From the IMG/VR virus record IMGVR_UViG_3300045988_108221, positions 1 through 64,000 of that record: a DNA stretch of 64,000 nucleotides. One strand, given 5' to 3'. The translations under genes and the position numbers were made by a program. Below the pieces are notes generated by a model. It was not told the origin of the DNA and did not search any database. It saw only the letters and a list, made by a program, of their open reading frames with translations. Of the stretch, positions 43,868 to 52,502 are shown piece after piece (within the stretch, counting starts at the first letter, position 1; each line of letters starts with the position of its first letter). This DNA comes from a virus.

Positions 43868-44224
43868 TTACACCTGCTTTCTGCGATACTCAGTAATAGT
43901 TGTAAGTTCTGGGTACACTTCATACCACTCAAAATCAAATCTTTCGATGGTGTGAATGTCTTCTGAGAATTGCAAACAATGGTATTTATTTGTTTGAACA
44001 TTGTGATAAATCTCTTTATGAACTAAGTGTTCGCCACCAAAGACTTCTTTTTCTTTAACCAACTCATAGTTGCCAAAAGAACAAAACACAATGTTTTCAA
44101 CAATTTCAGTAATATATTGGTTTGGGTTTTCCAACCAATGAATACATACTAAGTCCATATCTTCGATAGACAAACCGTCAACACCATAGTCTGCGTAATG
44201 TTGTAACGCTTGCTCAGTTGTCAT
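43868..44224 (-). CDS. Hypothetical early protein
   Basis: SD ACAGGAGGAAACAA-ATG. Confidence 0.6.
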   Translation of the reverse strand: MTTEQALQHYADYGVDGLSIEDMDLVCIHWLENPNQYITEIVENIVFCSFGNYELVKEKEVFGGEHLVHKEIYHNVQTNKYHCLQFSEDIHTIERFDFEWYEVYPELTTITEYRRKQV

Positions 44225-44915
44225 TTGTTTCCTCCTGTGTATTTAAAATCCGTTGCTTGGCAACATCGAAGTATAATGGGTCTAACTCAATACCAATGAA
44301 ATCTCGACCCAACTCAACGGCTGCAACACCTGTTGTACCAGAACCCATAAATGGGTCAACAATAGTATATTCCTGTGGCAGAATACCTACGATGTTTTTC
44401 ATTACTTGTAATGGCATCTGACATGGATGCACAGTTTTTTCTGCTGAGGTATTCTTAACGATATTAATATTCCACCAATCGTAAATCGGTGTGCCTTTAG
44501 AACCATTTGCTATTAGCTGTTTAATTCGTTTATCATTTGGGTTTTTGTACGGTTGTAACACTTGCTTGAAATCAGGCATTACACCAAAGAACGCAATATC
44601 ACGATGTTGCTTGCGATTGTTTGTGTTATATACCCATGATACTACACGAGTTGGTGGCATGTCAATATCAATCGCAAGCTGATACAACTGTTCTGGATAG
44701 TGAATAACCACGGATGGATGCGATGGAGAAAATACCATAGATAACATATATCGGTATGCATCATCATCCATTTTATCGTGGTATTTGTCGTAATGATACC
44801 CAATGTTGAACGGAGGGTCTGACACGATGATGTACGGCTTGCTTTCTTCTTGCAGTTGGGTTTCTATTGATTGTAATATGTTTCGACAATCGTTGTGGTA
44901 TAAATCAATCTTCAT
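44214..44915 (-). CDS. DNA methyltransferase, beta-class amino-MTase (N6-adenine or N4-cytosine)
   Basis: Motif IV SDPPF precedes motif I FMGSGTTGVAA. Start moved to MKIDLYHNDC behind GAGGAAGACT. Confidence 0.8.
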   Translation of the reverse strand: MKIDLYHNDCRNILQSIETQLQEESKPYIIVSDPPFNIGYHYDKYHDKMDDDAYRYMLSMVFSPSHPSVVIHYPEQLYQLAIDIDMPPTRVVSWVYNTNNRKQHRDIAFFGVMPDFKQVLQPYKNPNDKRIKQLIANGSKGTPIYDWWNINIVKNTSAEKTVHPCQMPLQVMKNIVGILPQEYTIVDPFMGSGTTGVAAVELGRDFIGIELDPLYFDVAKQRILNTQEETNDN

Positions 44916-45303
44916 AGTCTTCCTCAAATAACATTTTTGCGATTTCTTCGTCATAACTGAAGCCAAGTAGTCGCAGGATACTATCTTTATCCTTTTCAGT
45001 AAATGCTCTGTGACCGTTCAATTTCAAAGACATATTTGTGAGACTCATCCCAATTCTTGATGCAGCCTTGCTGACACTTAAATTTCGGTCTTTTAACATA
45101 CCTCGTAACATTGTATATCGCTCTTGGTATCGTGTTCCAATGTCTACTTTGAGTCGTGCGAGATATGTTTTGACATCTTCAATATCTTTAAAAGTGTCGT
45201 CTTCTAACACCTTTTGCAATTTTGACAGTAACACCGATGTTTCTTCAAACTTTTTGTAATCTTCTTCAATGACGATACCATTAATTCTTACATGTGTTTT
45301 CAT
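44905..45303 (-). CDS. XRE-type HTH DNA-binding protein
   Basis: Start moved to MKTHVRING behind TTGGAGGAATAT. C-terminal HTH LSVSKAASRIGMSLTNMSLKLNG. Confidence 0.55.
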   Translation of the reverse strand: MKTHVRINGIVIEEDYKKFEETSVLLSKLQKVLEDDTFKDIEDVKTYLARLKVDIGTRYQERYTMLRGMLKDRNLSVSKAASRIGMSLTNMSLKLNGHRAFTEKDKDSILRLLGFSYDEEIAKMLFEEDYED

Positions 45304-45321
45304 ATATTCCTCCAATAATTT

Positions 45322-45340
45322 GGGGCGGAAGAACCGCCCC
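45322..45340 (-). terminator. Intrinsic terminator directly after the adhesin gene
   Basis: GGGGCGG-ttctt-CCGCCCC followed by AAATTATT. Confidence 0.55.
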
Positions 45341-45348
45341 ATTTATTA

Positions 45349-46779
45349 TTATTTACTTAATAGATTTTCTAGCATTTCTACACGCTCTTTTAAGTCTTTT
45401 AACTCATCTCGTTTAACATTCGTTGTTTTACCAACTTTAAAGTTAACAGATGCATTAGTCACCTTGGCAGAGCCAAAAGATTGTCCAACGTAGAACATTA
45501 CATTTTCATTCGGAGCGTAGAACGCACCCAATGCACCAGCGTTTGCATTTTTGTAATGACCGAAGCCAGCACTAAAAGACAGTTTGTTGTTCACATCGAA
45601 ACCATCCCAATGTAATGCACTCAAGGCAGATACAGATGCAATCGCTTTGTTTGTGCCACGTTCTAATTGATTGATTTTATTATCGAAGTTACCAAACATT
45701 TGTTGACTTTGATTTTCCAAAGTAATAATTCGGTTTTCATGGTTCATAGACAATTGTTTTAACGCTGAAATATCGCCTGTGTGAGCGTTTTGGATGTCTC
45801 GTAATGTATTTACTTGTGCACTAACATTTGTGATGGATTGATGGTTCTCATTAATTAATGCGGTATTAGAACGAATGTCTGCTGTATTGGTTCGCACTTG
45901 TTTTTGGGTTTCGACAATCGCATCTGCATTAGTGGCTACATATGTATGCAACTCATCAATGGCATCTTTGTTTGTTTTGATGTTGATTCCATTAGTATTG
46001 ATTTCATCAATAGCTGCATGCAACTGAGAACCATTGACTGCATCTATAGAGTCAGAATCAATACGTCCAGCGGCTACATTCGTAATAGTTCGTTCCTTGC
46101 CTGTGTCGCCAATAGATATAGTACCTGCTGGGACAACACCAGCAAATGTATGCGTTTTGCCATTAATTACGGAAGAAGAAGTACCAATTACTACACTAGC
46201 TTTCGCATTATGTCCGATTGCTACGGATTCATCTTGGGTTACAGAAGCATCGTTACCAATAGCAATACCATAGTTAGCATGGTTGATTGTGCTAGATTTG
46301 CCTAAAATAATTCCGTGATAACTGTCTTGTAGTATATTTCTATTGCCAAGCAATACATCGCCTGTAGAGTTGCCTGTGTGATTTTCCACATTATTAAAAG
46401 CACCGATTAGAACAGAATCCTTTGTAGCACCATGGTTAATATTGCCAATGTTAACTGCATCATTCCCATCTGTAGTAAGTCCATAACCAATAGCTATGGA
46501 GGTCGTACTATTGGCATGAACTCCATTACCGATAGCAATAGTATTAATATTGTGTGCACCAACTCCATTGCCGATTGCGATGGCATTTGTGTTAGCAGTA
46601 ACACCGTTGCCAAGACCAATGCTATTATTGCTTGTGTTGATTACTCCGTTACCAACTGCAACACTATTATCTTGAGCAGCAATAACACCATTGCCAAACT
46701 CCACTGGGTTTGCAAACACGCCCATAGTTGCCATTGCTAATACTGCGGATAAAATTGTTGTTTTCATTTTGTTGTTCAT
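45349..46779 (-). CDS. Trimeric autotransporter adhesin (YadA-like: head, neck, stalk, anchor)
   Basis: Signal peptide, many N.(S/A)IAIGNG head repeats, neck ERTITNVAAGRIDSDSIDAVNGSQL, heptad stalk, anchor AIASVSALSAL..SAGFGHYKNANAGALGAFY..NFKVG, and a 26-aa coiled tail. Confidence 0.85.
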   Translation of the reverse strand: MNNKMKTTILSAVLAMATMGVFANPVEFGNGVIAAQDNSVAVGNGVINTSNNSIGLGNGVTANTNAIAIGNGVGAHNINTIAIGNGVHANSTTSIAIGYGLTTDGNDAVNIGNINHGATKDSVLIGAFNNVENHTGNSTGDVLLGNRNILQDSYHGIILGKSSTINHANYGIAIGNDASVTQDESVAIGHNAKASVVIGTSSSVINGKTHTFAGVVPAGTISIGDTGKERTITNVAAGRIDSDSIDAVNGSQLHAAIDEINTNGINIKTNKDAIDELHTYVATNADAIVETQKQVRTNTADIRSNTALINENHQSITNVSAQVNTLRDIQNAHTGDISALKQLSMNHENRIITLENQSQQMFGNFDNKINQLERGTNKAIASVSALSALHWDGFDVNNKLSFSAGFGHYKNANAGALGAFYAPNENVMFYVGQSFGSAKVTNASVNFKVGKTTNVKRDELKDLKERVEMLENLLSK

Positions 46780-46800
46780 TGTGTTTCTCCTGTGTTTTAA

Positions 46801-47058
46801 TTACAAAGTTTTGTTTAATTGTTTAAAATAATCCAATACGTCTTCTTTTGTTTTCTTTTTAATTAGATTAATGTCCGTGGTTGTCCAATCGGCACTTGTG
46901 AGACACTTAGCATCAATAGATTTTAACCGTTTATGCCATTGGTCGGTACAAACGTAAATCACACCTCGTTTCATCCGTAGACATTGCGATGTGTTCCAAT
47001 GGTGTCTTCGAATGCCCTTGCCGTTTGACATCAATTCGTATGCTTCGTGGAATCGCAT
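46801..47058 (-). CDS. DUF2829-like small protein (Tad2-family candidate)
   Basis: MRFHEAYELMSNGKGIRRHHW ... LTSADW fits the M.F.EAL..L..GK...R..W......L..DW pattern of DUF2829 (my recollection). The internal start was chosen by eye. Confidence 0.45.
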   Translation of the reverse strand: MRFHEAYELMSNGKGIRRHHWNTSQCLRMKRGVIYVCTDQWHKRLKSIDAKCLTSADWTTTDINLIKKKTKEDVLDYFKQLNKTL

Positions 47059-47231
47059 TTGCAACTCTTCTCCTTTCTTGGGAATAAACATAAGACTACA
47101 ACACTTAATAGCATTGCCCCAAGCCATTCTTGGTTATTGAATATAAATGTTTGAATGAATGAACCACCCATCAGTAATAAACATGAGATGTCAATCATTC
47201 GTCTAATGTCAAGAATTAATTGTTTGTCCAT
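47031..47231 (-). CDS. Small membrane protein (2 TM)
   Basis: Strong SD ACAGGAGGAAGAAA-ATG. Overlaps both neighbouring ORFs. Confidence 0.5.
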   Translation of the reverse strand: MDKQLILDIRRMIDISCLLLMGGSFIQTFIFNNQEWLGAMLLSVVVLCLFPRKEKSCKCDSTKHTN

Positions 47232-47541
47232 TTTCTTCCTCCTGTTGCTTTAATTCTTTACGACCAATCTTTTGTAAAAATTTCCATGCTCTAAACATTG
47301 ACACATAATCAAGGTTTATGTATGTACGGTTCTTTGGATGCTTTGGACAAGCCAAGTATATCCAATGTTCATCTGCTGACCGCAAGTGCTGAAGTATTGG
47401 TATTGGCTTTGTTTTGCACTTATAACAGCCATCTGTTTTTTGACACCTGTCTAACACATCGTCAAACCCATCGCCATAATCAATGAAATACTCTCGTTTT
47501 TTCGGTAGCTTGCGACCACCGCCAAATCCTGTACTTGCCAT
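47209..47541 (-). CDS. Hypothetical Cys-rich protein, first gene after a promoter
   Basis: SD AGCAGGTGAGAT-ATG. Contains C.KTDGCYKC...ACPKH. Confidence 0.55.
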   Translation of the reverse strand: MASTGFGGGRKLPKKREYFIDYGDGFDDVLDRCQKTDGCYKCKTKPIPILQHLRSADEHWIYLACPKHPKNRTYINLDYVSMFRAWKFLQKIGRKELKQQEEENGQTINS

Positions 47542-47563
47542 ATCTCACCTGCTTTCTAATAAG

Positions 47564-47592
47564 ATAATACCATATAAATATACTTATGTCAA
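47564..47592 (-). promoter_or_regulatory. Sigma70-type promoter
   Basis: TTGACA, 17-nt spacer, TATTAT on the minus strand. Confidence 0.65.
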
Positions 47593-47636
47593 TAACTTAT
47601 TTTTAATAAGTGTAAGATTTTTACATATAAAAAAAA

Positions 47637-47657
47637 GAGACCAACTATGTGGTCTCT
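47637..47657 (-). terminator. Intrinsic terminator
   Basis: AGAGACCA-catag-TTGGTCTCT followed by TTTTTTTT on the minus strand. Confidence 0.8.
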
Positions 47658-47663
47658 TATGTA

Positions 47664-48125
47664 CTATTTGTTTGTATTATCTGCTAATTTTATATAATTA
47701 TATTCAACTATAGCATTTGTGCTTGTAGACCATGAAGACTGTCCAGATGCGTATACAAAATATGCTCCATCTTCATACTTAGCAAAATAACGAGGTTTCC
47801 AATTTTGTGTGTTATCATCTCTGACTAACACAGGCGTGTCAACAGGCACCTTAGACCAATCGACAGTATCAATGTGGTCTTCAATCGCAATATAATTTCT
47901 GTCGGTTAATAAGTCTTTAGCGACCAACGTGGGAAAATATGAGACAAACGGATATTTTTCTCCATCGCAATACATAAATGTTGCATCACGAAAAACAGGC
48001 TCTTGTTTTGATAACATGTGAATACCTCTATCTGGATTGTAAAACACATATTTAAACCCAAGTTTATAACATTCCTTAAACCAAGCCTGTAAACCGTCTT
48101 GTGTTAAATATTTTGATTGTAACAT
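47664..48125 (-). CDS. Hypothetical protein
   Basis: SD ACAGGAGGTACAC-ATG. Confidence 0.6.
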   Translation of the reverse strand: MLQSKYLTQDGLQAWFKECYKLGFKYVFYNPDRGIHMLSKQEPVFRDATFMYCDGEKYPFVSYFPTLVAKDLLTDRNYIAIEDHIDTVDWSKVPVDTPVLVRDDNTQNWKPRYFAKYEDGAYFVYASGQSSWSTSTNAIVEYNYIKLADNTNK

Positions 48126-48137
48126 GTGTACCTCCTG

Positions 48138-48614
48138 TTACCTACTAACCCATTTCATGCAGCCAATGCGTAAATATCGCAAGTATTCTTCCTCAGACAT
48201 TTCCTTATAATTTTTGCGGACTTTTGCTCGTTTAGCATACTTATCAACGCAATAAAGATTACCTCGGAAATCACATGTATCAATCTCATCTATTAATATT
48301 AAGCCTGCACCGACTTCATTTAACTTATTATCGACAAATTGTCGATGTTTCTCATACACATCTATTGGCATGGCGTAATAGAAATACTTGACATGCTCAC
48401 AGTCGTGATACCTTTTCTTGTTAAAGTCTCGCTTAAAGTCCTCAATATTGGTCTTAGCTTCAACTTCTGTTAAGAACCGTTGAGTGTGTTTGAAGTATAT
48501 AAAATCAGCTTCATATTCGCTGCGGTTGTCTCCAAACATTAATACATTGGGAATACATATGTATTTTAAATACAGATGACACCCTAGTGCTTGGACAATG
48601 TCATATTCCGTCAT
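48138..48614 (-). CDS. PD-(D/E)XK-type nuclease-like protein (MmcB-like)
   Basis: EADFIYF...LTEVEAKTNIEDFKRDFNKK...YFYYAMP resembles the MmcB-family motif (my recollection). Confidence 0.4.
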   Translation of the reverse strand: MTEYDIVQALGCHLYLKYICIPNVLMFGDNRSEYEADFIYFKHTQRFLTEVEAKTNIEDFKRDFNKKRYHDCEHVKYFYYAMPIDVYEKHRQFVDNKLNEVGAGLILIDEIDTCDFRGNLYCVDKYAKRAKVRKNYKEMSEEEYLRYLRIGCMKWVSR

Positions 48615-48913
48615 TGTACCTCCAATTCAGAAATCGCCTGTAGATATTCCAGTACTGCATCAAGACAAACATTGGTAACATCTCCATCTGGCAACAGCTT
48701 AGTATCATAATAAATCACGCCGTCTCTCAATAGTTCTAAACAAAAGACATCATTGTCTTCGGTATACTCAAATTGAATAACGGCAACATCATATCCATTG
48801 TCAAATGCAAACCACCACATTTGCCTTTCTTCATACATAATGTTTTTTGGTAAAATAGTCGTGTATTTAAAGCCGTTGTGTTCTTGCAATTCTTTTATAA
48901 TTGTTTTGTCCAT
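48611..48913 (-). CDS. Hypothetical protein
   Basis: SD ACAGGAGGAATT-ATG. First gene after a promoter. Confidence 0.6.
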   Translation of the reverse strand: MDKTIIKELQEHNGFKYTTILPKNIMYEERQMWWFAFDNGYDVAVIQFEYTEDNDVFCLELLRDGVIYYDTKLLPDGDVTNVCLDAVLEYLQAISELEVQ

Positions 48914-48951
48914 AATTCCTCCTGTGTAAAAAACAATTTGTTTACATCATT

Positions 48952-48980
48952 ATGATACCATGGATATATACGTATGTCAA
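48952..48980 (-). promoter_or_regulatory. Sigma70-type promoter
   Basis: TTGACA, 17-nt spacer, TATCAT on the minus strand. Confidence 0.65.
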
Positions 48981-48996
48981 CAACCAAATAAAAAAA

Positions 48997-49020
48997 GACG
49001 GAAGAAATTAATCTTCCGCC
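48997..49020 (-). terminator. Intrinsic terminator overlapping the stop of the upstream ORF
   Basis: GGCGGAAGA-ttaattt-CTTCCGTC followed by TTTTTTT on the minus strand. Confidence 0.7.
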
Positions 49021-49187
49021 ATACGATAATGCCATAATGCACAATCGTCTATTTCACAAGCCTGTACTTCCGCAAGTGTACCACAACAACACTCTCGACA
49101 TTTCTTATGAATTGCTTCGAGCGGTGTCTTTGGTTTTGATGGCTTGCGTTTTCGTTTGGCTGTTTTATTGTTTGGTTTCTTTGGCAT
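49008..49187 (-). CDS. Small basic Cys-rich (zinc-binding type) protein
   Basis: K/R-rich N-terminus, then CRECCCGTLAEVQACEIDDCALWHYR. Start moved to the ATG (MPKKPNN). Confidence 0.5.
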   Translation of the reverse strand: MPKKPNNKTAKRKRKPSKPKTPLEAIHKKCRECCCGTLAEVQACEIDDCALWHYRMAED

Positions 49188-50007
49188 GTTCAACTGCCTT
49201 TCGCAAGTGTTCTAATTCAAGAACACGGTCGATGTGGTCGTGTACTCTCATTTGTTTTTTATTGCGTTCTCCACTAAGCTCAACAATGGATGTACCACAA
49301 TCGTTTGGGCGATAACCCTTGTCTGCGGAATAACCGCCCCAACCAAGGAATGAACCTGTTTGGACATCCAAGTGTTCAATTAAAGACCAAGCCTTGGCAA
49401 TACGGTTTGGTTCTGCCACCATGGTGCGTTCATACGTTGTCTTATGTAGATGCTCGTAGAACGTAATATCGGTATGTAGCCATTCCATTTTATCAGGTTT
49501 CTTTGAATTGTGCCATGTGCCAATAACATACAAGTTTTTATTGACATTAAAGAATACCGATGCCATACCATGGTAGAATGGAACGCCCAACAGTTCAGCT
49601 AACATTTGCTCTGGGATTAAACGGTTATGTTTCAACGCTCGTTCATATCCATGGTTGCCACTTCGGCAGAACAAAATACGGTCTTTAATCGGTTCTAACA
49701 AGCGATATGCCGTAAGAACTTGGTCTCCACCGTGCTCAGATTGTTCAAATACCGATGATGCGGACGATGTGGTTGCATTATCCGTAGAGTCACCACCGAT
49801 AATCAAATACAGATTGTCAATCGTTTTGACTTGAGAAATGAACTTCTCAAAGGCTTCACGATTGTGATAGATGTTACCGACATGGATATCAGATATGTCA
49901 GCAATATATGCTCGTTCCGACTCCACTCGAACATCCAATTTATTTACATTTAAGGACTGTTCAGCAATATTCAAATTCGTTTCTCCATATCTTTCAAACG
50001 TGTACAT
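49165..50007 (-). CDS. Calcineurin-like metallophosphoesterase
   Basis: Motifs ISDIHVGN (DxH), GGDSTD (GD) and SGNHG (GNH). The start may instead be a TTG at 49974. Confidence 0.75.
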   Translation of the reverse strand: MYTFERYGETNLNIAEQSLNVNKLDVRVESERAYIADISDIHVGNIYHNREAFEKFISQVKTIDNLYLIIGGDSTDNATTSSASSVFEQSEHGGDQVLTAYRLLEPIKDRILFCRSGNHGYERALKHNRLIPEQMLAELLGVPFYHGMASVFFNVNKNLYVIGTWHNSKKPDKMEWLHTDITFYEHLHKTTYERTMVAEPNRIAKAWSLIEHLDVQTGSFLGWGGYSADKGYRPNDCGTSIVELSGERNKKQMRVHDHIDRVLELEHLRKAVEHAKETKQ

Positions 50008-50624
50008 TGGTTGCCACAGAAATTACAAATGGTTTGGTTATCACCGAATGACCCATCCAGATATTCAACCGCTTTACAAGTAGTCATAGGTCTTTGTTCT
50101 CCAGCATATTTGTACATGCGTTTAAATGTTTGTCTTGCAGAGTCAAACGGATAGTTAACCTTGATGGTTGGTGTCTTTGCTTCGTAATGTCTAATACTTG
50201 GTCTCAAGACATCCTCATCAAGAACACCATTGTCAATTAAGTCTTTAAGTACTGCTTGAGCAATACCCAATGACTTCTTGAGTCTTCTTGAGGTCAACAT
50301 TTTGTATTCACCAAATTGTTTGGCAATGTCGCTAACTTTCATTCGTAAGCCATAACGCATCATAAGTCGTTTCATACAACTACTACCGACTTCTTTTCTA
50401 AGTCGCAAGAACGCATACATCAACTCTTTGATTTCTTCTTGTTCAATCAAGATGTCCTCTGGTGAGCGTTCGTAATCAAAATCCCTGTAACGTTTCATCT
50501 TGCGTACCAATTTCTTTGATATTCGCTCTTGGTCGAACTCTTTAAAAGACATACGGTTATCAAACTCGTGTATCTTAAAGAGTTCATCCGAATTAGAGCA
50601 AAAGAACTCCATTAATTTATTCAT
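49971..50624 (-). CDS. Sigma-70 region-4-like transcription regulator with C-terminal Cys cluster
   Basis: CMKRLMMRYGLRMKVSDIAKQFGEYKMLTSRRLKKSLGIAQAVL looks like a region-4 HTH. C-terminal CNFCGNQC. Confidence 0.4.
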   Translation of the reverse strand: MNKLMEFFCSNSDELFKIHEFDNRMSFKEFDQERISKKLVRKMKRYRDFDYERSPEDILIEQEEIKELMYAFLRLRKEVGSSCMKRLMMRYGLRMKVSDIAKQFGEYKMLTSRRLKKSLGIAQAVLKDLIDNGVLDEDVLRPSIRHYEAKTPTIKVNYPFDSARQTFKRMYKYAGEQRPMTTCKAVEYLDGSFGDNQTICNFCGNQCTRLKDMEKRI

Positions 50625-50941
50625 GCGACCACCGTATATCTACTATCAACACCAATAATTTTCTTTGACCGTTCTCCGATTGATTGGCAACGGTCTGTCC
50701 GAAAATCACATTGTACGATTGTACCAACATTTCTACCGTTGTACGTTATCTTGCGATATTTACCCTTTGTGCGTTTCTTTTCTTGCTTTTCTGTTTCCTC
50801 GTCTTCACGCAAGAAGATTACCTCTGGTGAAATCGAATATAAATACTGTTGGATTATCTCCCTGTGTTCACCGTATATTGATACTCGATATAACTCCCCA
50901 TTCTTAAACATATCCACTAAAAACATATATCTTTTAAACAT
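50621..50941 (-). CDS. Hypothetical protein
   Basis: SD CAGGGGAAACACATCC-ATG. Confidence 0.55.
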   Translation of the reverse strand: MFKRYMFLVDMFKNGELYRVSIYGEHREIIQQYLYSISPEVIFLREDEETEKQEKKRTKGKYRKITYNGRNVGTIVQCDFRTDRCQSIGERSKKIIGVDSRYTVVA

Positions 50942-50959
50942 GGATGTGTTTCCCCTGTG

Positions 50960-51460
50960 TTATTTATTTGTTGACCCTGTGCCACCTGTGCGTTGGTCTG
51001 TTGTATTGTCGTAATCAGCCAAGAAATATTTTGTGAACACACCTTGCACGATACGTTCTCCAGCTTCGATGGTTTGGGTTTCATCACCATAGTTATATAA
51101 AACCACCATGATTTCACCCTCGTTATCTGGATTGTTATAATAATCAGCATCAATAACTGATGCACTAGTCGCCAGCATTAATTGGCGTTTAATACCCAAA
51201 GATGAACGCACTCGCAAGTCCAAGTATTCGTCTGGTGGCATATACGCTTTAATACCTGTTTTAATTAATACCGATTGTTTTGGTTCGATTGTATAGTCGT
51301 CATAAGCGTGGATGTCATAACCAGCACTATGGATTGACCCTCGTTTTGGCAATTTAACAGGTGTTTCCATTCTACTTACGACCTCAAAACCTCGTACTCG
51401 CTTTGTTGCAGGTTTAAAGCCATGTATCTTTCGTATTGCATTTAATGTATTTTTTGACAT
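50960..51460 (-). CDS. dut: dUTPase
   Basis: Trimeric dUTPase motifs SAGYDI, RSSLG, VIDADYY, GERIVQ and C-terminal RTGGTGST. Confidence 0.85.
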   Translation of the reverse strand: MSKNTLNAIRKIHGFKPATKRVRGFEVVSRMETPVKLPKRGSIHSAGYDIHAYDDYTIEPKQSVLIKTGIKAYMPPDEYLDLRVRSSLGIKRQLMLATSASVIDADYYNNPDNEGEIMVVLYNYGDETQTIEAGERIVQGVFTKYFLADYDNTTDQRTGGTGSTNK

Positions 51461-51476
51461 AATTCTCCTCTAAAGG

Positions 51477-51809
51477 TTACACTAAGACTTCAACAGTAAT
51501 ATACTGTCGTCCAAATTCAATGGCATCTTCGTATGATGGCATCCAAATGTCAATAGCATTTGAATAACCACCACCGAATCTATCTTTTACAACATACGTT
51601 CGACCATTAATAACCACTCGTGTGCCAAACGGTAAGTCGTCACTTGCGATTGCACCATCGTGTGTCCATTCACCGTTTGCCATTGTGCCGTGGTCTGCAT
51701 ATGCGGATACCTCAGCTTGCATTTGATATGCTTGTGATGGCATTAAGCCACTCAGGAATAATACAAATGCAAGCAAACCCAGTCGTAACATATCTAAGCG
51801 TTTTTTCAT
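51477..51809 (-). CDS. Secreted 3D-domain (RlpA/MltA-like double-psi barrel) protein
   Basis: Start moved to MKKRLDML behind ACAGGAGATAGATAT. Signal peptide. GTRVVINGRTYVVKDRFGGGYSNAIDIWM. Confidence 0.6.
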   Translation of the reverse strand: MKKRLDMLRLGLLAFVLFLSGLMPSQAYQMQAEVSAYADHGTMANGEWTHDGAIASDDLPFGTRVVINGRTYVVKDRFGGGYSNAIDIWMPSYEDAIEFGRQYITVEVLV

Positions 51810-51813
51810 ATAT

Positions 51814-51924
51814 CTATCTCCTGTTGTCGTAATATTCAATAATTTGTTTAATCCATAAAAAGCACACATAGATAAAACCAACAAACATTAGTGTGGCAAT
51901 TATCTTATGCAGTAATACTAACAT
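51814..51924 (-). CDS. Small membrane peptide (36 aa)
   Basis: ATG 2 nt after the upstream stop. Translation MLVLLHKIIATLMFVGFIYVCFLWIKQIIEYYDNRR. Confidence 0.35.
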   Translation of the reverse strand: MLVLLHKIIATLMFVGFIYVCFLWIKQIIEYYDNRR

Positions 51925-51926
51925 AA

Positions 51927-52487
51927 TTAAACAGTCCATGATTGCACCGCATCTATTGTGTGATTTAATTCGTCAACGATACTGTCTTGTGCTTGATACC
52001 CAAGTTGCATAGACCAAATTAAACCAATAGTCAATGTATAATCGTTTAATAAAGCACCAGACACAATCTTGTTGACCTTAGATTGATTATCTTCGTCTAG
52101 TCGATATACAGCAATCGTATTTTCTTTTTCGACTTCATCAAAATCTGCAACACAGTATTCTTCTTCGATGTCGCCTAATTTGTTAACAAATGCATGTACG
52201 ATAATGTCACCATGGAACACAGTAAAGGCTTCATCAATCACACCCAAATCACACAGGCATTTATCCAATGCTTCACCATTCAAGAACGCTTGACGTGCAA
52301 TCTCGTTTGTATCCTCGTCTACATCGCCAGTTAAATACACAAGCCAATGCGGATGCAATTTACGAATGTCTTCACATGATGGTGAGTCTGTGGATGTCAA
52401 GCAATAGGACTGACCGTTGAACCACAACAGTTGTTCTCCCCATAGTTTATTTAAACCATCTGTGTTTATTAATTTTTGTTCTAACAT
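51927..52487 (-). CDS. Hypothetical protein
   Basis: SD ATAGGAGACAATACTT-ATG. Confidence 0.6.
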   Translation of the reverse strand: MLEQKLINTDGLNKLWGEQLLWFNGQSYCLTSTDSPSCEDIRKLHPHWLVYLTGDVDEDTNEIARQAFLNGEALDKCLCDLGVIDEAFTVFHGDIIVHAFVNKLGDIEEEYCVADFDEVEKENTIAVYRLDEDNQSKVNKIVSGALLNDYTLTIGLIWSMQLGYQAQDSIVDELNHTIDAVQSWTV

Positions 52488-52502
52488 AAGTATTGTCTCC
52501 TA

